Below the pieces are notes generated by a model. The model did not search any database. It worked only from the letters and a program-made list of their open reading frames with translations, and was not told the DNA's origin. Below, one piece after another: positions 35,781 to 48,760 of a stretch of 64,000 bases of DNA (its first letter is position 1; every line of letters begins with the position of its first letter). The position numbers and the translations under genes were made by a program. Source of the stretch: Hyaloraphidium curvatum SAG 235-1 (taxonomy: Eukaryota > Fungi > Monoblepharomycota). The DNA lies in the NCBI GenBank assembly GCA_025558095.1, contig JAIVFI010000034.1, positions 124,001-188,000 on the forward strand, written 5' to 3'.

Positions 35781-35850
35781 GTAGGGACGCTTGGGACCGT
35801 AGGGACTTTTCGGACGTCGGTCGGTTGGTCCCTATTCTGGCGGTCCCTAC
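35781..35850. promoter_or_regulatory. Cluster of GTAGGGAC/GTCCCTAC motifs upstream of cell-surface gene copy 1
   Basis: GTAGGGAC at 35781 and 35799, TTGGGAC at 35791, GTCCCTAT at 35828, GTCCCTAC at 35843. Function is inferred. Confidence 0.55.
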
Positions 35851-35925
35851 GGCCTCGGTTCAAAAGGACGCAGCTCCCCGGCACCGCCCTCCATCACACC
35901 CCCGCAGACCAGCGCCGCCGACACC

Positions 35926-37925
35926 ATGCGCGCCACCTCGTACCTCGCCGCCGCCGGCGCCGCCGTGCTGGCCCTCGTCGGGCGCTCCGACGCCCAGGGC
36001 GTCTCGTGGGCCGGGCGCTCGGAGCTCGCCGCCCTCTCGGGCTGCACCTCCGGCCAGCCGGGCACCAACGCCCCTCAGGTGACTATCTGCTGCTTGGCTT
36101 GCCTTGGAGATCGGCTGCTAACCCTGGCCGCGGTTGTAGGTCGACACGGCCCGCACCAACATGACCCGCGCCGACATCACCGTCGCCGCGTGGACCAAGC
36201 CCGTCACCGGCCGCAAGATGACCATGTACCTCGGCAAGGAGATGCACGGCACGGCCGTCTGCGTCGCCGACTCGGTCGGCAGCACCGGCACCTGCCGCTA
36301 CGACTTCACCCTCGCGGGCACCTGGCGCACGCTTCGCGGCTGCGCCTGGTCCAACCCCGACACCGCGAGCCGCCCCGGCTACGAGGTCCGCAACAACACG
36401 GTCTACCTGGAGTGGCAGGACGCCTTCCCCGGCGGCAACCGCCAGGCCTCGCGCTACGCCTACCCGGTGTCGATCGCCCTGCCCACGACCGTGAACGTGC
36501 AGACCGACATCAAGGTCCTCGAGGAGTCGGGCATCAAGAACTTCAACCTGACGGGGCTGTCGTACGACATCACCGACGGGCAGCGCTTCCTGATTGTCGA
36601 CTTTACCATGTTCTCGAGGTGCGTTGCTCGCGGGCGCCCTTCCCGAACCGATCTGACTTTTCGCTCAGGTGGCCCAACAACCTCACCCTTGACGCCGACT
36701 CGGGCTACATCAGCCTGCCCGGCTACACCGGCTCGGTCGAGGTCGTCTCGTACACCCTGCCCACCTGCGTCAAGACCGACGGCTCGTCCAGCACCGCCTT
36801 CACGACCCAGGACTTCTGCTACCAGAACGGCCAGCTGAAGATCGCCATCGGCGACGTCTGCAACGTCGGCGGCACCTACGCCTTCAACTTCGACACCAAC
36901 TGCTTCCCCGGCGCCGCCAACACCAACACCTGCACGGGCAAGGTGCTCACGGCCAACGCCCTCATCGGCACGCCCAACGCCTCGGGCGCCCTCGAGCTCG
37001 ACCTCTGCAACGCGCTCCTGAACACCGTGGCCTCGGTCACCGGCGTGATGGTCGCGGACAAGCCCCAGGGCTACTTCTTCGGCGACACCGTCCTGCTCAC
37101 GGCCACCTTCACCTCGCCCGACCTGCCCATCTACGAGGCCCGCCTGACCAAGATGATCCTCGGCCGCAACAAGGTCGAGCGCACGCCCAACATCGGCGCC
37201 GCCACCACCGTGACCCGCAACGTCAACACCACCCTCGTCGACTCGGCCGCCGGCCCCGCCGCCGTGGGCGCCCTCTCGACCCTGGCCGTCAACACCAACT
37301 TCACCTACCTCCCGACCGCGGACCCCAACGTCGTGGAGATGAAGGTCACGCCCAACATGCTGCCCAAGCAGGCCGGCGTCGACTTCAACGACGACTCGTT
37401 CCTGACCACCGACGACTTTGACTCGATCACCGTGAGTAGCGGGTGCCCGGGCTGCTTTGGATCGGCCGCTGACGTCCTTCTTCCTTCCAGGACTACACCT
37501 TCTACGCCACCTTCCGCATCTACTTCGACCAGCAGTCGGCCGCCGGCCAGCGCCGCCGCCGTCTCCTCGCCCGGGACGTGCAGGTGCCCGCCCCGGCTCT
37601 CCGCCAGACCACCACCAGCAACCAGAACGCCAACGCCGCCCTGACGGTGCCCCCGAACCCCAACGCGGTGCAGACCCAGCCCACCACGGCCCCGGTCGCC
37701 CCCGTCGCCCAGCCCGCCGCCGCCACCTCCTCCAACGAGGCCCTCGTCATCGCCGCCATCGTCATCGGCACCCTCGCCCTGCTCGCCGCCTGCTGCACGC
37801 TCATCGTGCTGCTCGCCATGCGCCGCAAGGACAAGAAGCGCGAGGAGGAGGACGCGTTCATCCGCCAGAGGCTCGTGCAGGGGCTCGACGCCAAGGCGCC
37901 CGCGTGGGGCACCGCCTCGGCTTGA
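35926..37925 (+). CDS. Type I membrane/secreted glycoprotein, ZP-module-like, 609 aa, 4 exons (35926-36078, 36140-36618, 36669-37431, 37491-37925); copy 1
   Basis: Signal peptide, Cys-containing beta-rich ectodomain, RRRR site at 37551, T/P linker, TM LVIAAIVIGTLALLAACCTLIVLLAM, basic tail. Exon lengths sum to 1830 nt in frame. Confidence 0.85.
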
Positions 37926-38034
37926 AGCCGATGAAAAAGAACGGAGGCGATCTAGTGTAGAGAGCTCCGGAATGCGAATTGCTTTCAACTACTTTCATCG
38001 TGCTGGGTCCTTACCTCGCCTCTGATCCATTTAA

Positions 38035-40304
<2,270 letters not shown>

Positions 40305-40365
40305 GGCCGTGAGGGATTAAGCTACAGCATTGTATCTACTTTATGTATGCATCAGTGCCGTCCGC

Positions 40366-41154
40366 CTACTCTGCTGTCCAGCCGCCGTCGACGAGAAGCG
40401 CCGAGCCCGTCATGAGCGCCGAAGCGTCGGAAGCTAGGAACACCACCGGTCCCATCAGATCCTGCACCTGCCCCAACCGCCCGAGCTTAATCCTGGCCAG
40501 CACCCAGGCCTTGAACTTCGGGTCCTCGAAGAAGGGCCTCGTCAGAGGCGTCTCGACAAAGGTAGGCCCGATCGTGTTGGCGCGGATGCCGAAGGGTGCC
40601 AGGTCGATCGCCATCGCCTTGGTCCAGCCCTCCATCGCCCATTTGGTAGCGCAGTACACGGCCCGCTTCGGCCCGCCCACGTGGCCCATCTGGGAGGAGA
40701 TGTTGATCACTGAGCCCTTCACTCCGTCGGTGATCATCCGCTTCGCCACAGCCTGGGCGGCGAAGAACGCGGCACGCAGATTGAGGTCTACCACGGCGTC
40801 GAAGTCCTGCGTCGCGACCTCGTGGAACGGTGCGTGGCGGGAGGTGCCGGCGCTGTTGATGAATGCGTGGAAGGCGGGCCGGGCCGCCACCGCGGCTGCG
40901 AATCCAGCGACGTCGCACACGTCCATTGCCACCGTATCGGCCGCGCCGCCGGCGGCGCGGATCGCGGCCGCCGCGGCGTCGATCTCGCTCGCGGTGCGGG
41001 CCATGAGGGTCACGGCGGCGCCGGCAGAAGCGCACGCGGCGGCGGCAGCGAGCCCGACTCCCCGCCCCGCCCCCGAAACGAGCACGCGCCGGCCGTCCAG
41101 GCGAAAGCTCGGAGTCTGCGGGAGAATAACGGGAGGCGGACGAGCAACGCTCAT
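40366..41154 (-). CDS. Short-chain dehydrogenase/reductase, bacterial-like; intronless
   Basis: SGAGRGVG, NSAG, NISS, YCATK, VDGGWTA. Confidence 0.92.
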   Translation of the reverse strand: MSVARPPPVILPQTPSFRLDGRRVLVSGAGRGVGLAAAAACASAGAAVTLMARTASEIDAAAAAIRAAGGAADTVAMDVCDVAGFAAAVAARPAFHAFINSAGTSRHAPFHEVATQDFDAVVDLNLRAAFFAAQAVAKRMITDGVKGSVINISSQMGHVGGPKRAVYCATKWAMEGWTKAMAIDLAPFGIRANTIGPTFVETPLTRPFFEDPKFKAWVLARIKLGRLGQVQDLMGPVVFLASDASALMTGSALLVDGGWTAE

Positions 41155-41391
41155 CGCGGCCACGGGCCCTGGCGGCAATGCGCAGCGGAGCTTCTCCACC
41201 CGCACCCTCGCGGCGTACGTCAGCAGGTGTGAACAGCAACAAGCATAACAGGGACTTCTAGTTTACACTGGTATGACGCACGAAGCTGTGTATCTTGATG
41301 CACGCTCGTTGTCGATGGCGATAAGCGGGATCCGGCCGTGAAGGACTCCTTCTCTGCCACGCACTGTTACCATTCCGACGCAACCAAATCT

Positions 41392-42696
41392 TCAAAGCTT
41401 GGACGCCGGCGGCAAGAAGGCCGGCCTTATCCCCCTGTACCGCTCCCTGACCTCGTCCACCGCCCCGTCCTGATGCGGCGCCAGCTTCGCTCCCAGCTCC
41501 GAATGCCGGTAGTTGTAGTCCGCCGCCAGCTCCTCCGGCTTGCTCCCCGGCCCGAGCTCCCTGATCGGCCTGAACCGCCCGCCCTCCATGGCCGCGCGCT
41601 GCCACACCTGGTACTCCCCCCTCCAGTTCCCCTCGACCCCCCCGAGCGCGGTGGTCGGCCTGAAACCGAGGCGGTACAGCAGCTTCGGCCCCGCCCTCTC
41701 GAGCACGTCCCGCGCGGTGGAGAGGAGGTGCACCTCCTGCTGCCGCATCCACGGCTTGAGGCTGTTGGTGACCATCATCGCGCGGCGCTCGGCGGTGCGG
41801 TTGATCCCCGCGCCGTGGAGGAGGCGGCCTTCGAAGACGCAGGCCGTGCCGGCGGGGGCTTCGAGGTTGATCGCGGGGGGCAGGGGTTGGTCGATGGAGA
41901 GGGATTTGGAGAGCAGGAGGTGCGAGCCGGGGATGAGGAGGGTGCCGCCGTTGTCCGCACGGAACTCGTCGAGCAAGAACATGGTGTTGCACGTCAGGGG
42001 GGCCTCGCGGACCTGCAGCGGGGCGCACGCCTGGTCCTGGTGGGGCTGCTGCGGGATGTTGTTGGTCCCCGCGATGATGGCGATGAACGAGGAGCACAGA
42101 AAGTCGGCGCCGATGGTGTCCGAGACCAGCTGCTCGATGAGCGGGCCGGCCTGCACGGCCGCCGGGTCGTGGTCGAGCACGGCGGCAAACCGCTCGCCCT
42201 TGTTGATCAGGCAGTGCACCAGCTGCGTGTTGGGCACCGCGGCGCCCGGAGGGACGGGGCTGCCGTTGTAGCACGCGACGCCCGCGAGCCGCTCGCCGTC
42301 GGCCTGGTCGAGCACCCGCCTGCGGAAGTGGGCGCACTGCTCCTTCGAGAGCGCGTCCTCGACGAGGCAGTAGCCCCACTTCTTCAGGTCGTCGCGCAGC
42401 CTGTGGATGTCCTTGGTCGGCCGCGGCAGGTCCTTGTCCTTCCAGTACTCCTTCGCCTTGCTCGTGTTGTAGAAAAGCGTGTCATCCTCCAAATCCAGCC
42501 CCGGCGCGGGCTTCCCGGCGTTGGCCGCCAGGTCCTCGGGCGCAATGCCGACGCCCTGCCGCGCGCCGAGGTGGAAGTCGCGGCGCATGGCGCTGCGGAA
42601 GGGCTCGCCCGAGAGGAGGAAGGGCGTGTAGAGGTCACCCGGCCGCGAGTTGGCGGCGACGTGCGCGGCGGTGAACTCTTTCGGTACTCCGGCCAT
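41392..42696 (-). CDS. Phytanoyl-CoA dioxygenase (PhyH) family Fe(II)/2OG dioxygenase with PTS1 (SKL); intronless
   Basis: GYCLVEDAL, PHQDQ (HxD), NGGTLLIPGSH, LLHGAG, downstream Arg; ends in ASKL. Confidence 0.87.
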   Translation of the reverse strand: MAGVPKEFTAAHVAANSRPGDLYTPFLLSGEPFRSAMRRDFHLGARQGVGIAPEDLAANAGKPAPGLDLEDDTLFYNTSKAKEYWKDKDLPRPTKDIHRLRDDLKKWGYCLVEDALSKEQCAHFRRRVLDQADGERLAGVACYNGSPVPPGAAVPNTQLVHCLINKGERFAAVLDHDPAAVQAGPLIEQLVSDTIGADFLCSSFIAIIAGTNNIPQQPHQDQACAPLQVREAPLTCNTMFLLDEFRADNGGTLLIPGSHLLLSKSLSIDQPLPPAINLEAPAGTACVFEGRLLHGAGINRTAERRAMMVTNSLKPWMRQQEVHLLSTARDVLERAGPKLLYRLGFRPTTALGGVEGNWRGEYQVWQRAAMEGGRFRPIRELGPGSKPEELAADYNYRHSELGAKLAPHQDGAVDEVRERYRGIRPAFLPPASKL

Positions 42697-43288
42697 GGCG
42701 GCGGTTGGGCGCTCGAGGCTGGCAGAGTGGGCTGGGGGGCGCTGGTGGAGCCGAGTGCCCGTTCTTCTGACGAGGTTAGAAGATGTTTGCCGGGACCGCC
42801 GCAGTCGGAATGCCCCTGCTTCCGGGGGAGCCGGTACCTGGGAGACGGGCGGGCGCGGTTTCGCCACATCCGGGGCGCCACCCGCACGACTTTCCGTCCG
42901 CATCCCTCGCGCCCGATGCCTCTTCTTCTGGCCCAGAAGAAACCCTTCGAACGGCTTTGTAACATCTGCGTCGACTGCCGGCCCCGAACCAGGGCATGGC
43001 TCGAAGCTGTCGCAGCCCCACTGGGCTGCAAACGAGCAGCAAGATCAGCTGGACGGCTACGGGACCGGAATCGGAGACCACTTCGCCAGCGGAAAAGGTA
43101 AAATCGTGCTCAAATGGATCGTCTACCCGGCCTTTTCCCTTTTCCCCGTCCGCCCGCCAGCCAGCCGCTTCTCTTGATGCTCTTGAAGGGGAGGGCGAGT
43201 TGATGCCGCAGGGAAAGAAACGACGACAGACTGGCTTGCATCCAACGTCCACGATCGTCGATCCAACTTGGTCGCGTTGCTCGGAGGA

Positions 43289-43575
43289 GTAGGGACCACC
43301 AGGCGTCGGAGGGGCGGCGGCCAAGCGGGATGTGCGGTCGTCGCATCGGAGGAGCGGAAGACGGGGCGGCGGTCTGCGTCGAAACCCCAGACTAATTGAT
43401 GCCGTCGGCCAACCTGCATACCGTCTGTTACTGGCCACGCGGTTTGCGACGGCCGCATCGGCGAATTGCTCACTCACCGATGCGGCACGCAAACTGGGCT
43501 GGAATCAAGGACACTACTGTAGGGACCACTGTCCGAACTGAAAACCCTCATCGGCCCATCGGCGGCGGTCCCTAC
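43289..43575. promoter_or_regulatory. GTAGGGAC/GTCCCTAC motifs upstream of the secreted-protein gene at 43593
   Basis: GTAGGGAC at 43289 and 43519; GTCCCTAC at 43568. Confidence 0.5.
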
Positions 43576-43592
43576 CAAACCCCCCCGCAACC

Positions 43593-45209
43593 ATGAAGTT
43601 CCTGGCCGCAGCGCTGCTCGCCCTCGCGCTGGGCACCCCCGCCTCCGCGTCGCCCGAGGCGGCCTCCGCGAGCGTGCGGCGCACCACCGGCCCGCGGCCG
43701 CCGCGCGATGGCGGCGCCGGATGGGTTCAGTGCGCGTCGCTGGACATTAAGAACACGCGGGGCGCCGCGGGCGCCGTGACCGGCTGGCTCGAGATCGCCG
43801 GCGGCCGCATCGTCGACGAGGGCGGCGACTCGGGGCCGCTGGCGCTGCGCGAGGCCGGCTCCCGCGACACCGCCCGGCGCTACTCGCTCGAGGCGACGGC
43901 GCCCCTCGCGAGCCAGCACGTGATGGGCGAGTCCGGCCTGCACATGCTGGCGGCCGGCGCCGAGGTCGGCGTGCCCTTCTGCGTCCGGTACGCCTCCACG
44001 TGGTCGGCCGAGTGGGCCGTCGCCGTCGACGCCCCCGCCGCGCCCGGCAGCAGCCTGCAGGCCGTCTCGCTGGCGCGCAGGCAGCAGCCCGGCATGTTCT
44101 ACGCGGACTGGCAGACCGGCCAGTGCCGCTGCCGGGCCGCCGGCGTGGCACCGGTGCCCGCAGGCGACCAGAGCAACCTGAACGCCGCCAGGACCACCAC
44201 GGGTGCGGCAGCAACGACGACAAAGGCGCCGGCACCGCCGCCGCCACCGACCACCACCGTGACTCAGACGGCCACCACAACTGCGACGACCACGGTGGGC
44301 GCCCTCCACGTCGACCGCTGGGTACCTTGCTAACTCCAACGTGCATTCTTCAGGAAACGACCACGCAGACGACGTCCCAAACGACGCAGACCAACACCCA
44401 GTCGCGCACAGCCTCCCGCAGCGCCACCCGCTCGCCGACGCAGACGGCCGCGCAGTCCACCACCAAGCGCACCACCAGCCTCTCCACCACCCTCCGCAAG
44501 TCCACCACCCGCACCACCTCCAGCACCACCGTCGCCGGCGAGCTGCCCCCGAGCACCACGACCACCTTCGCCCCCACCAACGACGCCTCGCCGTACAACG
44601 CCATCACCGTGGACGTCGATGCACGCGGCGAGGAGCCCGTGGAGGTGTCGGTCTTCATGCCCGGCACCTACAGGATCGAGGTCGTCCCCTCCGGGACCCA
44701 GGGCCTGTCGTGGGAGCCGGCCTCGGCGTTCGACGGGTTCGCCCTGCGCCGCACGGCGATCACCTGCGCCAGCGCATCCGGGTGCACGGCCGACGGGACG
44801 ACCAACGGGTACTCCCTGGGCTGGGAGATGCGGTCCGCCAGCGGGCGCATCAACACGGTCAAGAGGAACGGGGTCACCCTCGCGGCGGGGGACTACACCT
44901 CGGGCGGGCAGCAGCGGATCGTGGGGTCCAACGAGCTGGTTTACCCGGCGGCGGGGGTGCCGGCGGGACTGCCGAGCTTCGAGCTCTACACAAACTGCTG
45001 GGTGCGTTCCCCTCGCCCGTCGCATGCGCCTCCATCCGCACAGCTGACGCATCCGCTCCCCGCAGAACGGCGACACGTACTACTTCTCCGTGCGCGATAC
45101 CACGATCGCCAAGAGCGCGTTTGCCAGCACCCACAGGGTCGGCGAGGGCGTCAGCCTGCGCATCACCTTCCTGGCGATCGACTACGACAACGCGACGAGC
45201 GACTGCTAG
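43593..45209 (+). CDS. Secreted protein: uncharacterised N-domain, Thr-rich stalk, beta-rich C-domain; 3 exons (43593-44294, 44354-45001, 45066-45209)
   Basis: Signal peptide MKFLAAALLALALG; phase-0 GT-AG introns; the N-domain resembles that of the gene at 62908. Confidence 0.78.
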
Positions 45210-45324
45210 GCGTGCAGGGGCCGCCGGAGCGCTTTTTCACTCGGACATGGGTGTAGCCGGAGAGGAACGAACCATAGAAGCAACTGCCATGTTTTTCCCG
45301 ACTTCCTTCCGCCGCCCTACGATG

Positions 45325-47226
45325 CTAATGCCCCAAGCCCACCACCCCCGGGTTCCCCGCCCTCCACTTCCTCACCACCCCGTCGACCTTCTGCACCGCA
45401 TCCAGCACCTCGACCTGCATCCCCCTCTCGCACCTGTGGCACCACCTGTAGTCCCCCTCGCCCCTGGCGAGGTGCCCCCTGCACCGCCCGCACAGCTTGT
45501 CCGCGTGGTCCCGCGAGGCCATCAGGTGCCGCAGCGAGCCGAGCTGCGCGGCCCACTGCGGGTGCAGGATGCGCGCGGCGCGGTCGCCGTGGGCTTCGAG
45601 CAGCGCCGAGGCGGGGACGCCGGGGAACAGCGAGACGGCGTCCTTCTCGGCCACCTCGGCGTCGCGGAAGGGGGAGTAGAGGATGTTCTTGGGGTCCGCG
45701 TGGAGCAGCGCGCGCAGGCGGGCCGCGCAGTCGGGCTTGGGATCGAAACCCTTGGCGAGCACCCAGAAGGTCTTGCGCATGGCGAATTCGGTGACGGGCT
45801 TGTGGCCCCTGACGTTAGGGAACCCCGCGGGCACGATCTCGTGGGAGGAAAAGTTCTCGAGGACAAAGGCGAGGATGTGGAGCTCCACCACGCGCAGGCC
45901 GAGGTGCATGCGCATCATGAGGCTGCCCTGCCCGTCGGTGCGGAGGTTCTTGGCGGCGACGTAGAGCTGGGAAAAGTGCAGGAGGTCCTTGAGGTCGACT
46001 TCGTCCATGTCCATGCTGCCGGCCTGGTCCGAGCCCGAGGTTGTGATGCCGGCGATGAGGAGGTCGAAGCCGGGGAAGTTGTCGCCCGGGCCGCCGGGGA
46101 CCAGGCTCGAGGAGAGGTCAACTTTGGCGTCGTCGCGGGCGAGCGCGACGACGTCGCCCAGGACGGGGTTGAAGCGGCCCGCGCCGAGCTTCTCGGGGAA
46201 CACGTTTCCGCCCTTTTCCGGCTCGAGCGAGAAGCCGACCCCGCGCACGCCGGGGTGGGCGTCCGTGAGCAGCGCCGACATGCCGCCGGGGGCGAAGCCG
46301 ATGTCGATGAAGGTGAAATCGCCGTTGCGCTCGGCCTGCTTGCGGGCCAGCTCGACGTAGCCCAGGCCGGCGTCGATGTCGGCCGCGTAGCGGATGAAGC
46401 GGTCGAACAGGGGGGCGACGTTGGCCGAGATCGAGTCGGTGCGGCCGTGCACGTCGGACTTCTGCAGGCCGGCGGAGCGGCGCGAGAACATGGCCTGGAT
46501 GTGCGGGTTGCGCTCGGCGAGGTAGCGGCGGGTCAGCAGCCACTCGTAGAACACCGAGTGGCCGGGGCCGTCCATCTTGCGCGATGCGGCGTCGTACTTT
46601 TGCGCCATGAGCAGCGTGTCGGGGTGCTCGAGGTAGCGGTGGTGCGGGCAGTGCGTGGGCGCCGCGCGGGCGTCCTGCGGCGCGCCGTCCCCGGCGGGCT
46701 TGGGGTCCCGCTCCGAGTACATCCACTCGATGCAGCGCTTGCCGCACGGCAGCGTCAGCAGCTGCTGCACCGACATGTTTGGGTGCGGCGCGTGGTGGCC
46801 GATGGCGGCGTCGCGGGCGTGGGCGTCCCTGCCGCTGCCCCAGCCGGAGCCCTCGCGCGGCGATGGGCCGTCCCGCTGCGAAGGCGCACCGTGCGGACCG
46901 GGCGAGCCGTGGTGCGACGGCACCTCGGACCAGCCGGCCTCGCGCTTGGGCGGCGACCCGCCGAGGGCCAGCCCGCCCATGCGCTGCTCCAGGCTGCCCG
47001 CGCCGCCGCCTTGCTGAGAGCGGTGCGAGTTGCCGTGCGCATTTCCGTGCGAGCTGCCCGCGTGGGAGGCGTGCGGGTGGCCGTGGCCGCCGTGCGAGTG
47101 CCCGCCGTGCGAGTGGCGCGCGGCCGCCGGCGGGGGCGCCTCGCCGCCCTCAGCCGCCGCCGCCTTGTTGCGGAGGTGCGGCGGCACGTACACCGCGCGC
47201 GCGGGCTTCGGCGCGGGGTCGCCCAT
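45325..47226 (-). CDS. FtsJ/RrmJ-like SAM-dependent methyltransferase with a Ded1/DDX3-like N-terminus and Cys/His clusters; intronless
   Basis: FIDIGFAPGGMS (motif I), GVGFSL, GDV, FDLLIAG, KP...FWVLAKGF; YVPPHLRN at 47190-47167; CGRC...CHRC near the C-terminus. Confidence 0.78.
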   Translation of the reverse strand: MGDPAPKPARAVYVPPHLRNKAAAAEGGEAPPPAAARHSHGGHSHGGHGHPHASHAGSSHGNAHGNSHRSQQGGGAGSLEQRMGGLALGGSPPKREAGWSEVPSHHGSPGPHGAPSQRDGPSPREGSGWGSGRDAHARDAAIGHHAPHPNMSVQQLLTLPCGKRCIEWMYSERDPKPAGDGAPQDARAAPTHCPHHRYLEHPDTLLMAQKYDAASRKMDGPGHSVFYEWLLTRRYLAERNPHIQAMFSRRSAGLQKSDVHGRTDSISANVAPLFDRFIRYAADIDAGLGYVELARKQAERNGDFTFIDIGFAPGGMSALLTDAHPGVRGVGFSLEPEKGGNVFPEKLGAGRFNPVLGDVVALARDDAKVDLSSSLVPGGPGDNFPGFDLLIAGITTSGSDQAGSMDMDEVDLKDLLHFSQLYVAAKNLRTDGQGSLMMRMHLGLRVVELHILAFVLENFSSHEIVPAGFPNVRGHKPVTEFAMRKTFWVLAKGFDPKPDCAARLRALLHADPKNILYSPFRDAEVAEKDAVSLFPGVPASALLEAHGDRAARILHPQWAAQLGSLRHLMASRDHADKLCGRCRGHLARGEGDYRWCHRCERGMQVEVLDAVQKVDGVVRKWRAGNPGVVGLGH

Positions 47227-47477
47227 CGTGGGGGAGGCGAGTGAATGGGGCAAGGAAACGCCACCGGAGCTCCGAGCGACCCCTGCTAGGATCTGGCTCC
47301 CGCCCCCACGCGATCCTCAAACGCGGAGGCAGCAGTGGACAAACACAGGACGACGGATGGGAGGCCAGAGAAGCTGTTCGACAGGGAAACTAGCTGGATT
47401 CGGCAGGTGAAGGTGACACATCCTGACTCAGATTCCATGGAGCAGCACACTCCTCTCGCTCAACTCGCGACCACCCT

Positions 47478-48760
47478 CAAGAGGTGATGGTCACCCTGAC
47501 GTTGTCGATGTCCAACTCCCGCAGGCCACCCGACGTCGGCCCCTTGACAAACTCGACGGCCAGCAGCTGCCCCGCATCCTGCGATCCGGCGGCCGTCACG
47601 TACTCCAGCGAGTAATCCGCAAACGTCTAATCCGCAAACGTCCCCTCGTTGGCCGCGATCGAGGCATAGTCCGCCGCCGCGACGACCTTGCTTGCCAGCA
47701 GCGTCGCTCCCGCGTACAGCTTGACCGTCAGGTCGGCCTGCATCGTCGTCGCCGTCCGCGTCCCCGACGTGGATGCCGCGGGCGTCGATGTGGGAGGTGT
47801 CGCGGACAATGAAGACGTCGCCTTCGTCTCGGAGGTCGTACCGGCCGCGGTGAATGTCGAAACCGTGCGCGACTGCGTTGCAGTGCTAGATACCGTGCCC
47901 GATTCCGAAACCTGCACGGGGATCATCGCACGCTATCCGGGCAGGGCTGGGACCCGTGACTTACACCGGATGATAGGGTGCCAGTAACGCTCGTGAGCGA
48001 CGCCGTCGGCGAGGCGCTCGCGGTCGCAGATGACCTTGTTTCCGACCTCGTCCCGCTCGCGCTGGTGGTCGAGCTGGTCTTTCCGGTGGAAGTCGACGGC
48101 GTCCGCGTCTCGGTCGTGCTGGAGGATGCCGTCCGGGTGGCGCTTGCGGTGGAGGTCGACCTCGTCGCGGATCGGCTGGTGCTGGTGCTCGGGGTCGCGG
48201 ATGCGGAGGTGGTAACCGTGGTCGAGGTGAGGGTGCTGCTCGAAGGCGTCTGCGTCCTAGTGGCGGTGGCGGAAGTGGACGTGAGGCTTGACGTGGACCG
48301 CGTCCTGGTCGTGGAGCTCTGGGAAGCGATTCCGTGAGTGGTGGCCGCGAGCAGAGACCGATGTCGAACCCACGGTCGAGGGCGTCTGCGTCGCGCTGGT
48401 GCTCGTGGCTGTCCACGTCGCGCTTGCAGTGGAAGTCAGCGACGTGGATCTGGTGGTCGAGCGCCACGTGGTGCTAGGTGTAGCTGAGCTCGTCGTTGCG
48501 GTGTGGGTGGAAGTCTGTGAGGGAAGCTTCAGCGCAGGTAATCACGCCGATCTCTCCTGACTTTGCTCACCGAAGACTTTCGCACAGCAACCTGTCCCTG
48601 AAGCGTCGAACCAGCCCCATAAACCAGCGGCCGGCACGGGTCATCCGCGGACGAGATTCCTGCTTGAGCAGGGACCGCGGGCACGGAGAAAGAGAAGGAT
48701 CCGTCTGCCGACGCATTCGAGTAGCCTAGCGCCTCGCAGTTCTTCCCGGGGAGCTTCCTA
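47478..48760 (-). pseudogene. Decayed mucin-like (Ser/Thr-rich) surface-protein gene
   Basis: Spliceable S/T-rich exons. A 15-bp tandem duplication (47613-47642) creates an in-frame TAG before ...YSLEYVT...ELDIDNVRVTITS*. No clear start codon or signal peptide. Confidence 0.65.

Larger units (their letters stand above)
35748..37994 (+). repeat. Left arm of a ~2.25 kb near-identical inverted duplication (partner 59787-62039)
   Basis: Promoter, exons, introns and 3' UTR match the reverse complement of 59787-62039 with few substitutions or indels. Confidence 0.95.

Noticed and set aside
44341-47244. 967-aa plus-strand ORF and similar long Arg/Pro/Gly-rich ORFs (e.g. 1110-2735, 19742-21730, 54138-56345)
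   Set aside because: These are shadow or antisense frames of real genes, caused by high GC3, and carry no recognisable motifs.
47627-47629. In-frame TAG as programmed readthrough or recoding
   Set aside because: It is fully explained by the adjacent 15-bp tandem duplication.
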